Below are positions 46,817 through 56,585 of a stretch of DNA of 64,000 bases, one piece after another; position 1 is the first letter of the stretch, and every line of letters begins with the position of its first letter. The position numbers and the translations under genes are program-made. Below the pieces are notes generated by a model. The model was not told the origin of the DNA. It saw only the letters and a list, made by a program, of their open reading frames with translations, and did no database searches. This DNA is from an uncultured virus (IMG/VR IMGVR_UViG_3300033388_003316) (lineage: Duplodnaviria; Heunggongvirae; Uroviricota; Caudoviricetes): the IMG/VR virus record IMGVR_UViG_3300033388_003316, one strand, 5' to 3'.

Positions 46817-49531
46817 ATGGCAGATTTTAATTGTGAAGATATAAATGGTTTAAGTATTTCTCAGTTCGTATTTAACGATGACGGTACAGTATCTGGTATT
46901 GTATCAACTGGGTCAACAACAACAGACCCTCAAAGTAACTCAACAGCAACAACATATAAAACTCGTGCAGCAACAACCACATTCATAGGTGATGTCGAAG
47001 AAGAAGCAGATATCATATTAGGTGGTGGGTTAGATACTGGTGGTGATGGTATTGGTAAAACTTTTGGTAACACAACAGGTGGTACATTACCAACACCTGT
47101 TGATGACACTATTAACACTAGTTACGTAAAAGGTGATGGTACAACACTATCACCAGTTAGTGAAACGTGTTGTAGTGCACTTAATTTTTTTTGGGACGCA
47201 TCAACAAATAAATGTTACTGGAGTGAAACATGTGAACAAAGTACTAATGATTTCAAAATAACCCTAGGAGCCAAAGGTAATGATGGGGCTTGGTTTCAAA
47301 TTGACGAGAACGAAACTTGTCATTTAGAAGTTGAGTTTAACTATTTATTTCAATTTGATTGTGACACACTAAATGAATGTTTACAAGTCGAAACACAAGA
47401 TAATTCTAGACTTATTGATTTAGAAAATGATATTAATAGTAAAGAAGAAGAAATTAATAGACTAAATGAAACAATAGTAGAATTAAGAACCCAAATAAGT
47501 AACCAAGAATTATTTTGTGAAAATGAAAGTATTAGATATAATATTTTAATTAAAGAAAAAGAAAGTGAATGTGAAAGTTATTTAAAAAATATTGAAAATT
47601 TCCGAGCGTTAGACAAAAGTTCTAACGGTAGGGAACAAAGTAAATCTTATGAGGCACAAATACAATCTTACACCACAATGTATGAGAGATGTATAGCTGA
47701 ACTTATGGAGTTACAAGGTGAAGGTAAGTTAAATAAACTTGATTGTGACAACCAATTAAATGTGTTATACAGTTCGTTATCTACATATGAAGAAAATTAC
47801 GTTATAACACTTGAAGAATTAAATATTTATAAGGAAGACTTACAAAATGAACAATCAAGTACCACAACTACTAAAAATGGTATCTCTAATTGCTTAAATA
47901 TTTTTTCTGAATTATCAGTATCGGTCACATTAGATAAAGTCGATACTAGAGCTTCAAATAAGCAAGTATCATATGAAGACCCAACAACATTAACAACAAT
48001 ATTTGAAGAGGATTTATATAATGTAAATAATATTGTCGATTATTTATCTGGTAACTGTAACACTGGTTTATTAGTAACTGGTGATTCTAGATGTGTAGAA
48101 CAATTAGAACAATGTATTATTTATAATTTAAGTGGTGATTGTGGTGTTTACAGTGCTTGTACTTTAAATTCAAATTGGTTACATCACAAATTTAAAATAA
48201 CTGATTCAGAAACATTATCTAGAATAGCTAATGAAAAAGTTAAACTAGGTTTTGTTATTAAAAATTCAGAATGTGATTTTTCGATATTAATTGATAGGGT
48301 TGAAATAAATAAAGTTTGTACAACAACCGACAAGGAGAATATTTATATATCAAAATGCCCTAGCTTTGAAATTGAAAGGGTGTGTGATAACAAAAAATCT
48401 TGGACATCGGAAGAAAAAACACAAAACAGGGGGTTCTCATTCCCATCTAGAGAAACTGATTATAAAATTAATCACCACAAATTAGCGATTAACACAAAAG
48501 AGGTTGATTTAGACATCAGCCCAGCTAACGCTATTGAAACGGACGTATGGTGTTACGTTTCAGATAATGAATCAATATTAGATACATCAACTGGTAATGG
48601 TACTTGTGGTGATATTGGACTTAATTTGCAAGAATTATTAACAACTGAGGTTAACACAATTACAACAATTAAAGAATTTAACAATACGTTACGTACTGAA
48701 TTAATTGATGTTAAGAATAGAAAGACAATTTCGTCATACCCAACAATAAGGGCTCTATATGATAGATATAAAAATGGGTTTAAAAGTAACCCAAAAAGTT
48801 CATCTTTCGACTACTACAAAATGGGTAACTTTGTTTCATTAGTCGGTAATTATTGGGTTGATTTAATTGAACAAGTAGTCCCATCCACAACAATTTGGGG
48901 GTCTACAATTAAACACAGTAATACTATTTTTGATAAAGATAAATTTAAATACAAACAATATTCATTATTCACATGTCAAAATACAAATAATATAGAATAC
49001 CCTAGTCCGACTAGTGGTCATAATACAACAGTTGAAGTTATTATTAAAGATATTGGTACCCCAGAATATGTTGGACCAGACTGTTTAGCTCCACCAGAAG
49101 AAAAAACAATTTGCTCTGGTGTAACTATTCAACAAATAAATTATGGTTCTGAATTTATTGGTAGCGTCACAATTATTGGTGACACCAACAAACCAAACCC
49201 AACTGGTACAACTGGTGAAGACCCAATTGAAATAACTGAATGTGATTTAGTTATTAATAATATTAAATTAAGTTCAAGCGAAATAGCTGCTGCAGTTGCC
49301 GAACCAAATTTTGTTGGTGGTACCGCACCATATACATACAACTGGGCCATACCAATTCAAGAAGGTCAATATAGTGACTGGGGGTTTGAAAATGGTGATA
49401 ACACGAACCCAACAGCAGTACTTACTGGAACAACAAGTAGACTAAGTAAGGGTGATAATTTATGCCTAACATTAAATATGACAGATGTTAATGGGTGTAC
49501 ATACGGGATGAGTCAATGTTTCCCAGAATAA
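46817..49531 (+). CDS. Cys-rich structural protein with a coiled-coil insert and a C-terminal SprB/Ig-like domain
   Basis: CCSAL module; long heptad region (LIDLENDINSKEEEINRLNETIVELRTQI); INTKEVDL, WVDLIEQVVP.TTIW; GGTAPYTYNW...MTDVNGC. Confidence 0.65.
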   Translation: MADFNCEDINGLSISQFVFNDDGTVSGIVSTGSTTTDPQSNSTATTYKTRAATTTFIGDVEEEADIILGGGLDTGGDGIGKTFGNTTGGTLPTPVDDTINTSYVKGDGTTLSPVSETCCSALNFFWDASTNKCYWSETCEQSTNDFKITLGAKGNDGAWFQIDENETCHLEVEFNYLFQFDCDTLNECLQVETQDNSRLIDLENDINSKEEEINRLNETIVELRTQISNQELFCENESIRYNILIKEKESECESYLKNIENFRALDKSSNGREQSKSYEAQIQSYTTMYERCIAELMELQGEGKLNKLDCDNQLNVLYSSLSTYEENYVITLEELNIYKEDLQNEQSSTTTTKNGISNCLNIFSELSVSVTLDKVDTRASNKQVSYEDPTTLTTIFEEDLYNVNNIVDYLSGNCNTGLLVTGDSRCVEQLEQCIIYNLSGDCGVYSACTLNSNWLHHKFKITDSETLSRIANEKVKLGFVIKNSECDFSILIDRVEINKVCTTTDKENIYISKCPSFEIERVCDNKKSWTSEEKTQNRGFSFPSRETDYKINHHKLAINTKEVDLDISPANAIETDVWCYVSDNESILDTSTGNGTCGDIGLNLQELLTTEVNTITTIKEFNNTLRTELIDVKNRKTISSYPTIRALYDRYKNGFKSNPKSSSFDYYKMGNFVSLVGNYWVDLIEQVVPSTTIWGSTIKHSNTIFDKDKFKYKQYSLFTCQNTNNIEYPSPTSGHNTTVEVIIKDIGTPEYVGPDCLAPPEEKTICSGVTIQQINYGSEFIGSVTIIGDTNKPNPTGTTGEDPIEITECDLVINNIKLSSSEIAAAVAEPNFVGGTAPYTYNWAIPIQEGQYSDWGFENGDNTNPTAVLTGTTSRLSKGDNLCLTLNMTDVNGCTYGMSQCFPE

Positions 49532-49532
49532 G

Positions 49533-49540
49533 ATATTTAT
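49533..49540 (+). promoter_or_regulatory. Putative late promoter ATATTTAT
   Basis: In the 13-nt gap before ATG 49545. Confidence 0.4.
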
Positions 49541-49544
49541 TATT

Positions 49545-49784
49545 ATGCCAGCATTATTAAGAAAAATAGAAGCGAATATTTTAGAAAATTTCACTAGTCA
49601 AATAAACATGATGGGTATTAGTGGAACTATCGGTATGGAAGATTATATTAAGATTGGTTCATTTGAGGCTTTCTTACAAAATTTTTCAAAAGCACAAGAA
49701 ACATATGTATATGGAACACCAGCTGAGTTTGGATTAAAAAGAAATAAAAAAGAAGAGTTTATTGAACTTGAAATATCATATTAA
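49545..49784 (+). CDS. Small hypothetical protein
   Basis: 79 aa ORF filling the gap, stop/start-coupled to 49784. Confidence 0.65.
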   Translation: MPALLRKIEANILENFTSQINMMGISGTIGMEDYIKIGSFEAFLQNFSKAQETYVYGTPAEFGLKRNKKEEFIELEISY

Positions 49785-51220
49785 TGAGACATCAACAAAA
49801 AATATATAACCAAAACGGTAATTTAATTAGGAATAAGGATTCACTAAACGTTAATATGAGTTCTGACATTTGTATTTTTACAGCACCACTATTCGGTATG
49901 GATGGTGCTGTAAAAATTGAAACAGGTACAACATCAGCTTCAACGGGTGTTTATATCGTGGAAGATAATACTAGTGAAATTGATTTATTATTTAATTTTA
50001 CTGGAGATACTTCGTCTTTGGATATTAATTCAGTGTTTAAATATGAAATTTATAAGTATGATTATGATAAACAAGTTTTTGTTGAACCACCATTAATTAA
50101 ATCAAATGACATATATTATAGTGCATTCAGTGCCACTTCAATATATGAGGAAACAATACCAGTTAATAATCTAGGTCACGATGGTGAATATTTAATTAAG
50201 GGCTATTATACACATAAAATATGTACCAACATTCTTAGTAAACTTGAATTAATAGACGATACCTCATTTTACAAAAATGGTTCACTATATGGTTTATACA
50301 ACCCATCAACGGATTACAATTTTTCAGTAATAGAAATGGCTGAAACACCTTTATTTACAACAACAACTAATGCTAATACAAGACCACTTGGTTCATTAGT
50401 TGCCAAAACCATATTACCAGAAAAAGGTGAGACAACGTTTCCTATAAGTATAGATGTAAACGGTAAATTACTGGTTTACTTAAATGGTATTATGTTGTCT
50501 AAGGACTTAGATTACAAGATTAATGATGGGGCAACACTAACACTAAGTGCCAGTACATTAAGTGGTGATGTATTAACTTATGTTGCAGTATCTGATTCAC
50601 AATCAAATGGTTTAATTGTGGATACGATAGAAGTTGAAGACCCAATCCCAAGTGGTATAATTAATGCACAAGCTGAAAATAAATATTACTTCAACACAAC
50701 TAAATCAAAATATGAAATCTACACACTATTAACACCAATAACAGGTAATAACATAATAGTGACATTAAATGGTTCAACATTAGCACCAAATATTGATTAC
50801 TATCAATCAACGACCAACCCAAATAGGTTAATACTAGAGGGTAATTTATTAGGTGGTGATATCATTAATATAATATACAATGCATACCCATCATATGTGG
50901 GTGAAATTTATACAAATACACCACAAATAATTTGGACAATACCAACATCACCAAAAAAGGTTAATGGGTTATTTACAGTTGAAGTCGCTACCGACTCAAC
51001 ATTTAACACTTTAGTTTCTACAGCGCAAACTGAATACATAACAAATGAGGTTTCTTATTCATCTGAAGTAATACTAACAGGTTCAGTTGGAACTAACTTA
51101 GTTTATAGGGTTTTAAATGAAAAAAATTATGAAACATTAGATGGTGATATTATAAGTACTAGTGCGTACAGTGAAGTGGTACCAATAACAATTATGTCAA
51201 ATAGTATAAATTCCTACTAA
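49784..51220 (+). CDS. Putative baseplate/fibre adaptor protein
   Basis: Two V.LNG..L....DY...L.L....GD.[LI]...Y units typical of tail-fibre/baseplate beta domains; FN3-like C-terminus (VEVATDSTF, YRV.N). Confidence 0.6.
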   Translation: MRHQQKIYNQNGNLIRNKDSLNVNMSSDICIFTAPLFGMDGAVKIETGTTSASTGVYIVEDNTSEIDLLFNFTGDTSSLDINSVFKYEIYKYDYDKQVFVEPPLIKSNDIYYSAFSATSIYEETIPVNNLGHDGEYLIKGYYTHKICTNILSKLELIDDTSFYKNGSLYGLYNPSTDYNFSVIEMAETPLFTTTTNANTRPLGSLVAKTILPEKGETTFPISIDVNGKLLVYLNGIMLSKDLDYKINDGATLTLSASTLSGDVLTYVAVSDSQSNGLIVDTIEVEDPIPSGIINAQAENKYYFNTTKSKYEIYTLLTPITGNNIIVTLNGSTLAPNIDYYQSTTNPNRLILEGNLLGGDIINIIYNAYPSYVGEIYTNTPQIIWTIPTSPKKVNGLFTVEVATDSTFNTLVSTAQTEYITNEVSYSSEVILTGSVGTNLVYRVLNEKNYETLDGDIISTSAYSEVVPITIMSNSINSY

Positions 51221-51269
51221 TTTTATTGACTTAGTGGTATTTATAATTAAGATAAAGTAATTAAAAAAG

Positions 51270-51277
51270 ATATTTAT
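51270..51277 (+). promoter_or_regulatory. Putative late promoter ATATTTAT (second copy TATTTAT at 51238-51244)
   Basis: Intergenic, upstream of 51418. Confidence 0.55.
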
Positions 51278-51417
51278 AAGATATATGTTACATTATTAAT
51301 AGTACATAATTAATAAAATTAGATAAAGATAAAATAATAACACAATATTGTGGTGATAATATTAAATTATTAAGCATGGTTGAATGTTTATAATAAACTA
51401 AATAAGATAAGATAAAT

Positions 51418-53559
51418 ATGAGTTATATAATTAATAATACAGACGCATACGTCAATTCAAAATTGACAGAATTAGGTAGACAGAAGTTAGCTCAAGGAAC
51501 ACTTAATTTTTCATTCTGGGCAATTGGTGATTCTGAAATTAATTACGATAGGGAAGCTATTTTAGATGCAAACCCATCAGACGTAACATTATCGGCTCAA
51601 ACTAGAATTTTAAGGCCAAAAGACAAACAATCAGATATTAAGTCTTGGATACACACTGGTTCAACTACAGATACGACAAACCCATTACAACCTATGACAG
51701 CTTCTAATATTAAAACTATGAAATTAGTTGTTAATAATGAAGCAACCGAAAGAGGTTTTTTTAGTGGTGACTCAACTAGTGGTTTCATAACACTAACAGA
51801 CACACCATACAGTTTAGGTACTGGAACAGTTAGTGACACTACAATTAGTGGTGGGACATCATTAGTTATTGGTACAGCAACAACCAGAAATGTTGGTGAT
51901 AATATCTTACTTAAATTATCTAATGACACAATTGGTATGGTAGCCACTAATACTAACTTAGAACCAATACCACATTTATGGTACAAAATACAAGCAACTT
52001 CTGCTGACACAATTACAGTTGATAGAGAACTACCAAACATGAATGGTTCTGGTGGTACCACAATTCAATATGTGGTGTACGCTGGTGGTGAAGTGGACAC
52101 CACTTTCGGCTCAAGTAACTCAACATCTTATTGGGATTCTGGAACATTATCATTCGACAACACAACTAATGTGTCGTGTTCTGATGTTCCAGTATGGAAT
52201 ATGAATAATATTTGGTGTGAAGACCTTGCTGGTATAACAGGTAACACTTATGAAGGTCATGAATATTTTGGTTCATATCCATTTTTAGGTCAAAAAAACC
52301 CACTATTTGAATACAGTTGTTCATCATTAGAAGACCCAGACACAACATTAAAATGTGAAGGACTTAGTGAATTAGATAATGTTAATAAATCTATCGCAAT
52401 CATTCATTATACAAATAATACAATATCTAATTTTTATGGTGAATTTTTCCATATTGATAACGACAACAATAAGACAGTTAAATTACATTTACCAGATTTA
52501 ATGTACCACAGAAGGTACTTTACTGGTGGTACTGCTGACAAAATGGGTATGTCATTCCTAGCTAGTGGCGACACCAAGTACGTTGGGACATCAAACATGG
52601 AATATGTAGATTTAATTGAAGACCCATCATTTTTAATGTCTGGTACAACCCCATCTGTGGTTGGTAAGGTATTCCCACAACTTAAGATAGTCGTAATTGA
52701 TGATGAAGAAATTGTTGCAGCTATGTCTTATAAATCTAATAGAAATTGGACCCTACCCCAACTAGCAACAACATTAGCCAACCCAACAGGTAACACATCA
52801 ACAGGTTTATTAATTCAAAACGAAACGATGTATGTAACTTATTCCTTAGAAAATACTACAGGTAATGGTTTAACATCATCTTTAGCTTGTCAAAAATACG
52901 CTAAAATAACAAATCAAACATCTGTACCTAAAGATGTTGAGTTTAGAATAGATGGTACAGGGTTATTACCTTATATGCGAAAAATTGAAGACATTGGGTA
53001 TGATGGTAGGGGTTTTTATGGTTATGAGCTAAAAGTGTTATATCAAATAGTGCAAAATGAAGATGATAGACCAGACCCATCAGCTTGGAAAGTATATGAT
53101 TATACAAGTAGTCAGTTAACCGTAACTTCTGGTGAAACAATTGCTCCAGATATTTTAGAAAACCAAAGCCCGATAACAAACGACTTTGTTATTGATACAA
53201 TTAAGGACTCTGGGTCAACAATATATGATATAACACAAATCTTAGGTATGGCACCAGTTATGACACCAGAAATCTTACAATTCGGTGATGAAAGGTTTTT
53301 TTATGGTAACTTAGAAACATACATTGGAGCTACGATATTCAAAACAATATTTGACTTAAGGATTAATTCTGGACAATTTGTTGCAACAACAAATGAAACT
53401 AGAAGTACTGATGCTTCAACAAACCCACCAGACATTAGGGTTAGTGAAGTAGGTATTTATGATAGTGATAATGATTTAGTTGTTATTGGAAAACTTAGTA
53501 AACCCATAAAGTTAGAAGCTGGGAATACAGTAATGATTGAACTTAGTATGGACTTTTAA
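51418..53559 (+). CDS. Tail fibre/collar-type structural protein
   Basis: N-terminal KLTELGRQKLAQG....AIGDSE; C-terminal VSEVGIYD.DNDLVVIGKLSKPI. Confidence 0.7.
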   Translation: MSYIINNTDAYVNSKLTELGRQKLAQGTLNFSFWAIGDSEINYDREAILDANPSDVTLSAQTRILRPKDKQSDIKSWIHTGSTTDTTNPLQPMTASNIKTMKLVVNNEATERGFFSGDSTSGFITLTDTPYSLGTGTVSDTTISGGTSLVIGTATTRNVGDNILLKLSNDTIGMVATNTNLEPIPHLWYKIQATSADTITVDRELPNMNGSGGTTIQYVVYAGGEVDTTFGSSNSTSYWDSGTLSFDNTTNVSCSDVPVWNMNNIWCEDLAGITGNTYEGHEYFGSYPFLGQKNPLFEYSCSSLEDPDTTLKCEGLSELDNVNKSIAIIHYTNNTISNFYGEFFHIDNDNNKTVKLHLPDLMYHRRYFTGGTADKMGMSFLASGDTKYVGTSNMEYVDLIEDPSFLMSGTTPSVVGKVFPQLKIVVIDDEEIVAAMSYKSNRNWTLPQLATTLANPTGNTSTGLLIQNETMYVTYSLENTTGNGLTSSLACQKYAKITNQTSVPKDVEFRIDGTGLLPYMRKIEDIGYDGRGFYGYELKVLYQIVQNEDDRPDPSAWKVYDYTSSQLTVTSGETIAPDILENQSPITNDFVIDTIKDSGSTIYDITQILGMAPVMTPEILQFGDERFFYGNLETYIGATIFKTIFDLRINSGQFVATTNETRSTDASTNPPDIRVSEVGIYDSDNDLVVIGKLSKPIKLEAGNTVMIELSMDF

Positions 53560-53608
53560 TAGGTATACAAATAAAATAATACCAAGATATAAAAATATTT
53601 AATTAATT

Positions 53609-54814
53609 ATGGGATTTCAAAGTACAGCATCAACAATTAACCTAATAGCTAAATTAACAGCATTTGGTAGACAACAACTATTATCGAATAGTTCTAACAT
53701 TATAACACATTTTGCTTTAGGGGATAGTGATGCCTATTATGGTGCTTCAAATCCACTAGATAGTGGTGAAGTTCCTGCTTTAGCTGGTAGTTTAGGTACA
53801 AATGGTAGTAGTAATAGCGTAGCCAAAGGCTATGCACCAAAATCATTATTATATTATAATTCAATTGGACAAAAAAAGAAACTAGTAAAAGAAGGTTCAA
53901 CAAATGTTATAAATGATACTAAATTATTAGGTCAAAAAGTAGTTAGTGGTTCATCAATAACATTAAATTCAGTAAACAGAACCGATTACGAAACAGACCC
54001 ATTAGTTAATTTATTTTACTCATTCAGACTACCAATTACCGAAGCTGATGATACCTTATTTACCACGACCCCATCCGCTAAAGGTGGTTACGGTGACACA
54101 GCAATGAGTGGTTTATCTCAAGACAATATTTTAGTAGTTGGACTGGATTCAATAGAATATGGTGAAATGTTAGATGGTAAAAGTGTAAAACTTGAACTAA
54201 CCGATACAACATCAACAACATTTACGATGTATGGTTCATTTGAAAAAACACTAACAAGTGCTAAAAAATTAGACGCACAATACAAAGATTTGTCTTTTAA
54301 TTCAGCAGTTATGGGGGGTAATATTGTATTTTTATTCAGTGATGAGATACAAAGACCAAACAACGATATGAGTAAGAGTTGGTCAACGGGACATTTTGCC
54401 ACTAAACCATATAGTAAATCTAACAAATCACAATTTAATATGTTTAGTGACTCGATTACTTCAACAGTATCTGATAAAATTGTTGGTGTTGCTTATTTAG
54501 ATAAAGGCTTTATAGTAATCACGGACCCAACAATACTATCTAATTTTGACACAACACATACAAATGCTGATTTAACAACAGTATCTTTTGATAGTATTTC
54601 AACTCAAGTATCACAAACAGTAACATGTATTAAAGATAGAGGTGAATTTGCTTCATCATCAAACCCTACTTGGGATGAGGGTGATAAAGTTAGAATAACA
54701 GAAGTATTATTATTAGATAATGCAGATAATATTTTAGCTGTAGCTAAAAGTGATAGGTCTTTAGAACTAACTAGTTCACAATTCATGGCTTTATCTGTAA
54801 CAATTTCAGTTTAA
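53609..54814 (+). CDS. Tail fibre/collar-type structural protein (paralog of 51418)
   Basis: AKLTAFGRQQLL....FALGDSD; VG.AYLDKGFIVI; SSNPTW...ITEVLLLD..DNILAVAK. Confidence 0.7.
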   Translation: MGFQSTASTINLIAKLTAFGRQQLLSNSSNIITHFALGDSDAYYGASNPLDSGEVPALAGSLGTNGSSNSVAKGYAPKSLLYYNSIGQKKKLVKEGSTNVINDTKLLGQKVVSGSSITLNSVNRTDYETDPLVNLFYSFRLPITEADDTLFTTTPSAKGGYGDTAMSGLSQDNILVVGLDSIEYGEMLDGKSVKLELTDTTSTTFTMYGSFEKTLTSAKKLDAQYKDLSFNSAVMGGNIVFLFSDEIQRPNNDMSKSWSTGHFATKPYSKSNKSQFNMFSDSITSTVSDKIVGVAYLDKGFIVITDPTILSNFDTTHTNADLTTVSFDSISTQVSQTVTCIKDRGEFASSSNPTWDEGDKVRITEVLLLDNADNILAVAKSDRSLELTSSQFMALSVTISV

Positions 54815-54865
54815 CACTTTATCTTTTAAAATTGGTTATTATCTTAAAAAAAAAACATATATTTT

Positions 54866-55531
54866 ATGGCAACAAGTAAAAGTAGCGAATTTATATTAGG
54901 GTTAGACGTGTCAACCAAAACAATTGGTATTGCATTATTTGAAGATATGGGTAATAGTGGTGACCTAAAACTATTACACCACGTAACTCCTAAAGTTAAA
55001 CCGAACCCAAAGAATAAGATGCAACAGTTATTTGAAAAAGCTAGAATATTTGAAGAAGAATTTTTAAATAAATATACTGATATTGGTATAACTAGGGTTA
55101 TTATTGAAGAACCACTATTACGTTCTAACAATGTAAATACTGTCGCAACACTTTTAAGGTTTAATGGTATGATTTCTAGGTCAGTTTACGACACATTAAG
55201 TATCGTACCAGAATTCATATCATCTTATGACGCAAGAAAATATGGTTTCCCAGAATTAATGGCTAAAAGAGAAATAAAAAAAGATGGTACTCGTTACACA
55301 GAATCAGCAATAGCTAAGAAAAACCCAGTATTATTTGGTGCTTATAACTTATCGACAACTGATAAGAAGATGGTAGTATTCGAAAAAGTGTGTGATTTAG
55401 AACCACAAATACAATGGTTATACACTAAAACAAACACACTTAAAACTGAAAACTTTGATATGACAGATAGTTATGCTGCGGTTCGTGGGTACATGAGTAA
55501 GATAGGGGCGTGGACCCCAAAGACTAAATAA
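54866..55531 (+). CDS. RuvC-like Holliday junction resolvase
   Basis: ILGLDVSTKTIG, VIIEEPL, FDMTDSYAA acidic catalytic pattern. Confidence 0.8.
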   Translation: MATSKSSEFILGLDVSTKTIGIALFEDMGNSGDLKLLHHVTPKVKPNPKNKMQQLFEKARIFEEEFLNKYTDIGITRVIIEEPLLRSNNVNTVATLLRFNGMISRSVYDTLSIVPEFISSYDARKYGFPELMAKREIKKDGTRYTESAIAKKNPVLFGAYNLSTTDKKMVVFEKVCDLEPQIQWLYTKTNTLKTENFDMTDSYAAVRGYMSKIGAWTPKTK

Positions 55532-55576
55532 AAACCTTAAACATACAAACACAATTTATTTCTAATTTATAAATTA

Positions 55577-55608
55577 TTTGTAAAATCACTTTTTATTTTA
55601 TATATTTG
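55577..55608 (+). promoter_or_regulatory. Bacteroidota sigma70 promoter TTTG-N20-TAnnTTTG
   Basis: TTTG at 55577-55580, TATATTTG at 55601-55608, 4 nt before the primase ATG. Confidence 0.7.
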
Positions 55609-55612
55609 CAAT

Positions 55613-56548
55613 ATGTCACTAGTAGTAGATATATTGGAAAGATTTTTAGGTACCCCTAAAGGACACAACCCTAGTAGTGGTCAAATGCAATTTGACTGCC
55701 CTAGATGTGCTGAAGACGATAAAGGGCACGGCAAGGGTAATTTAGAAGTTAATTACAACAAGGGTTGGTATCATTGTTGGACCTGTGGAGACACTCATAA
55801 CATGAAAGGTCACCTTAATTTTATGATTAAAAAATACGGGGGGGCAAAAGCACTTAAGGATTTTTTAGTTGTTAAGCCAGAGTTTATTCAAAAAACTGAA
55901 CGAGGTGAAACACACGAAGTTAAATTACCAGAAAGTTTTAAATTACTACACGAATGTAACCCAAAGACTTTAAAGTATAATGAAGCTATGGGTTATTTAA
56001 ATAATAGGGGTGTTAGTTTGGATATTATAGAAAACAAAAAAATAGGGTTTTGTTCAACTGGTAAATACGCTAACCGAATTATCATACCTAGTTACAACAG
56101 TAATGGTGAATTAAATTTTTTTATAGGTAGAGCGTGGAACAAATGGAACAAACCAAAAATATTAAATGAACAAACCGAAAAAGAATTAATTATATTTAAT
56201 GAGGGATTAATTAATTGGGATGCAACTATTTATTTGGTTGAAGGACCATTTGACCACCTAATCACACCAAACTCAATACCACTACTAGGGAAATATGTTT
56301 CACCATACTTATTTTACATGTTACAAATGAACGCCAACGCCAACGTTGTTGTTATTTTAGATGGTGATGCATATGAAGATGCTAAACGAATTTACCAAAT
56401 GCTAAACATTATGAATTTGAGGGGCAAAATCAGATTAATTCGTCTAGGTATAGATTTTGACCCAGCATTAATAAATCAAAAATTTGGTAGAAAAACATAC
56501 ATTAAAGTGTTATCTAACACCAAAATAATACCAGAAAGTGAATTATAA
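55613..56548 (+). CDS. DnaG-type DNA primase
   Basis: CPRC...CWTC Zn finger, YL.NRG, RIIIP, FFIGR, TOPRIM LVEGPFD and LDGDA. Confidence 0.9.
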   Translation: MSLVVDILERFLGTPKGHNPSSGQMQFDCPRCAEDDKGHGKGNLEVNYNKGWYHCWTCGDTHNMKGHLNFMIKKYGGAKALKDFLVVKPEFIQKTERGETHEVKLPESFKLLHECNPKTLKYNEAMGYLNNRGVSLDIIENKKIGFCSTGKYANRIIIPSYNSNGELNFFIGRAWNKWNKPKILNEQTEKELIIFNEGLINWDATIYLVEGPFDHLITPNSIPLLGKYVSPYLFYMLQMNANANVVVILDGDAYEDAKRIYQMLNIMNLRGKIRLIRLGIDFDPALINQKFGRKTYIKVLSNTKIIPESEL

Positions 56549-56585
56549 TCTTTTTCTGTAAAATATAATAATACAAATAATAATA

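Noticed and set aside
142..54814. Bacterial contractile injection system (eCIS/T6SS) rather than a phage
   Set aside because: Tail genes are interleaved with phage-type SSB, UvsX, helicase, primase, RNR and gp46/47-like genes
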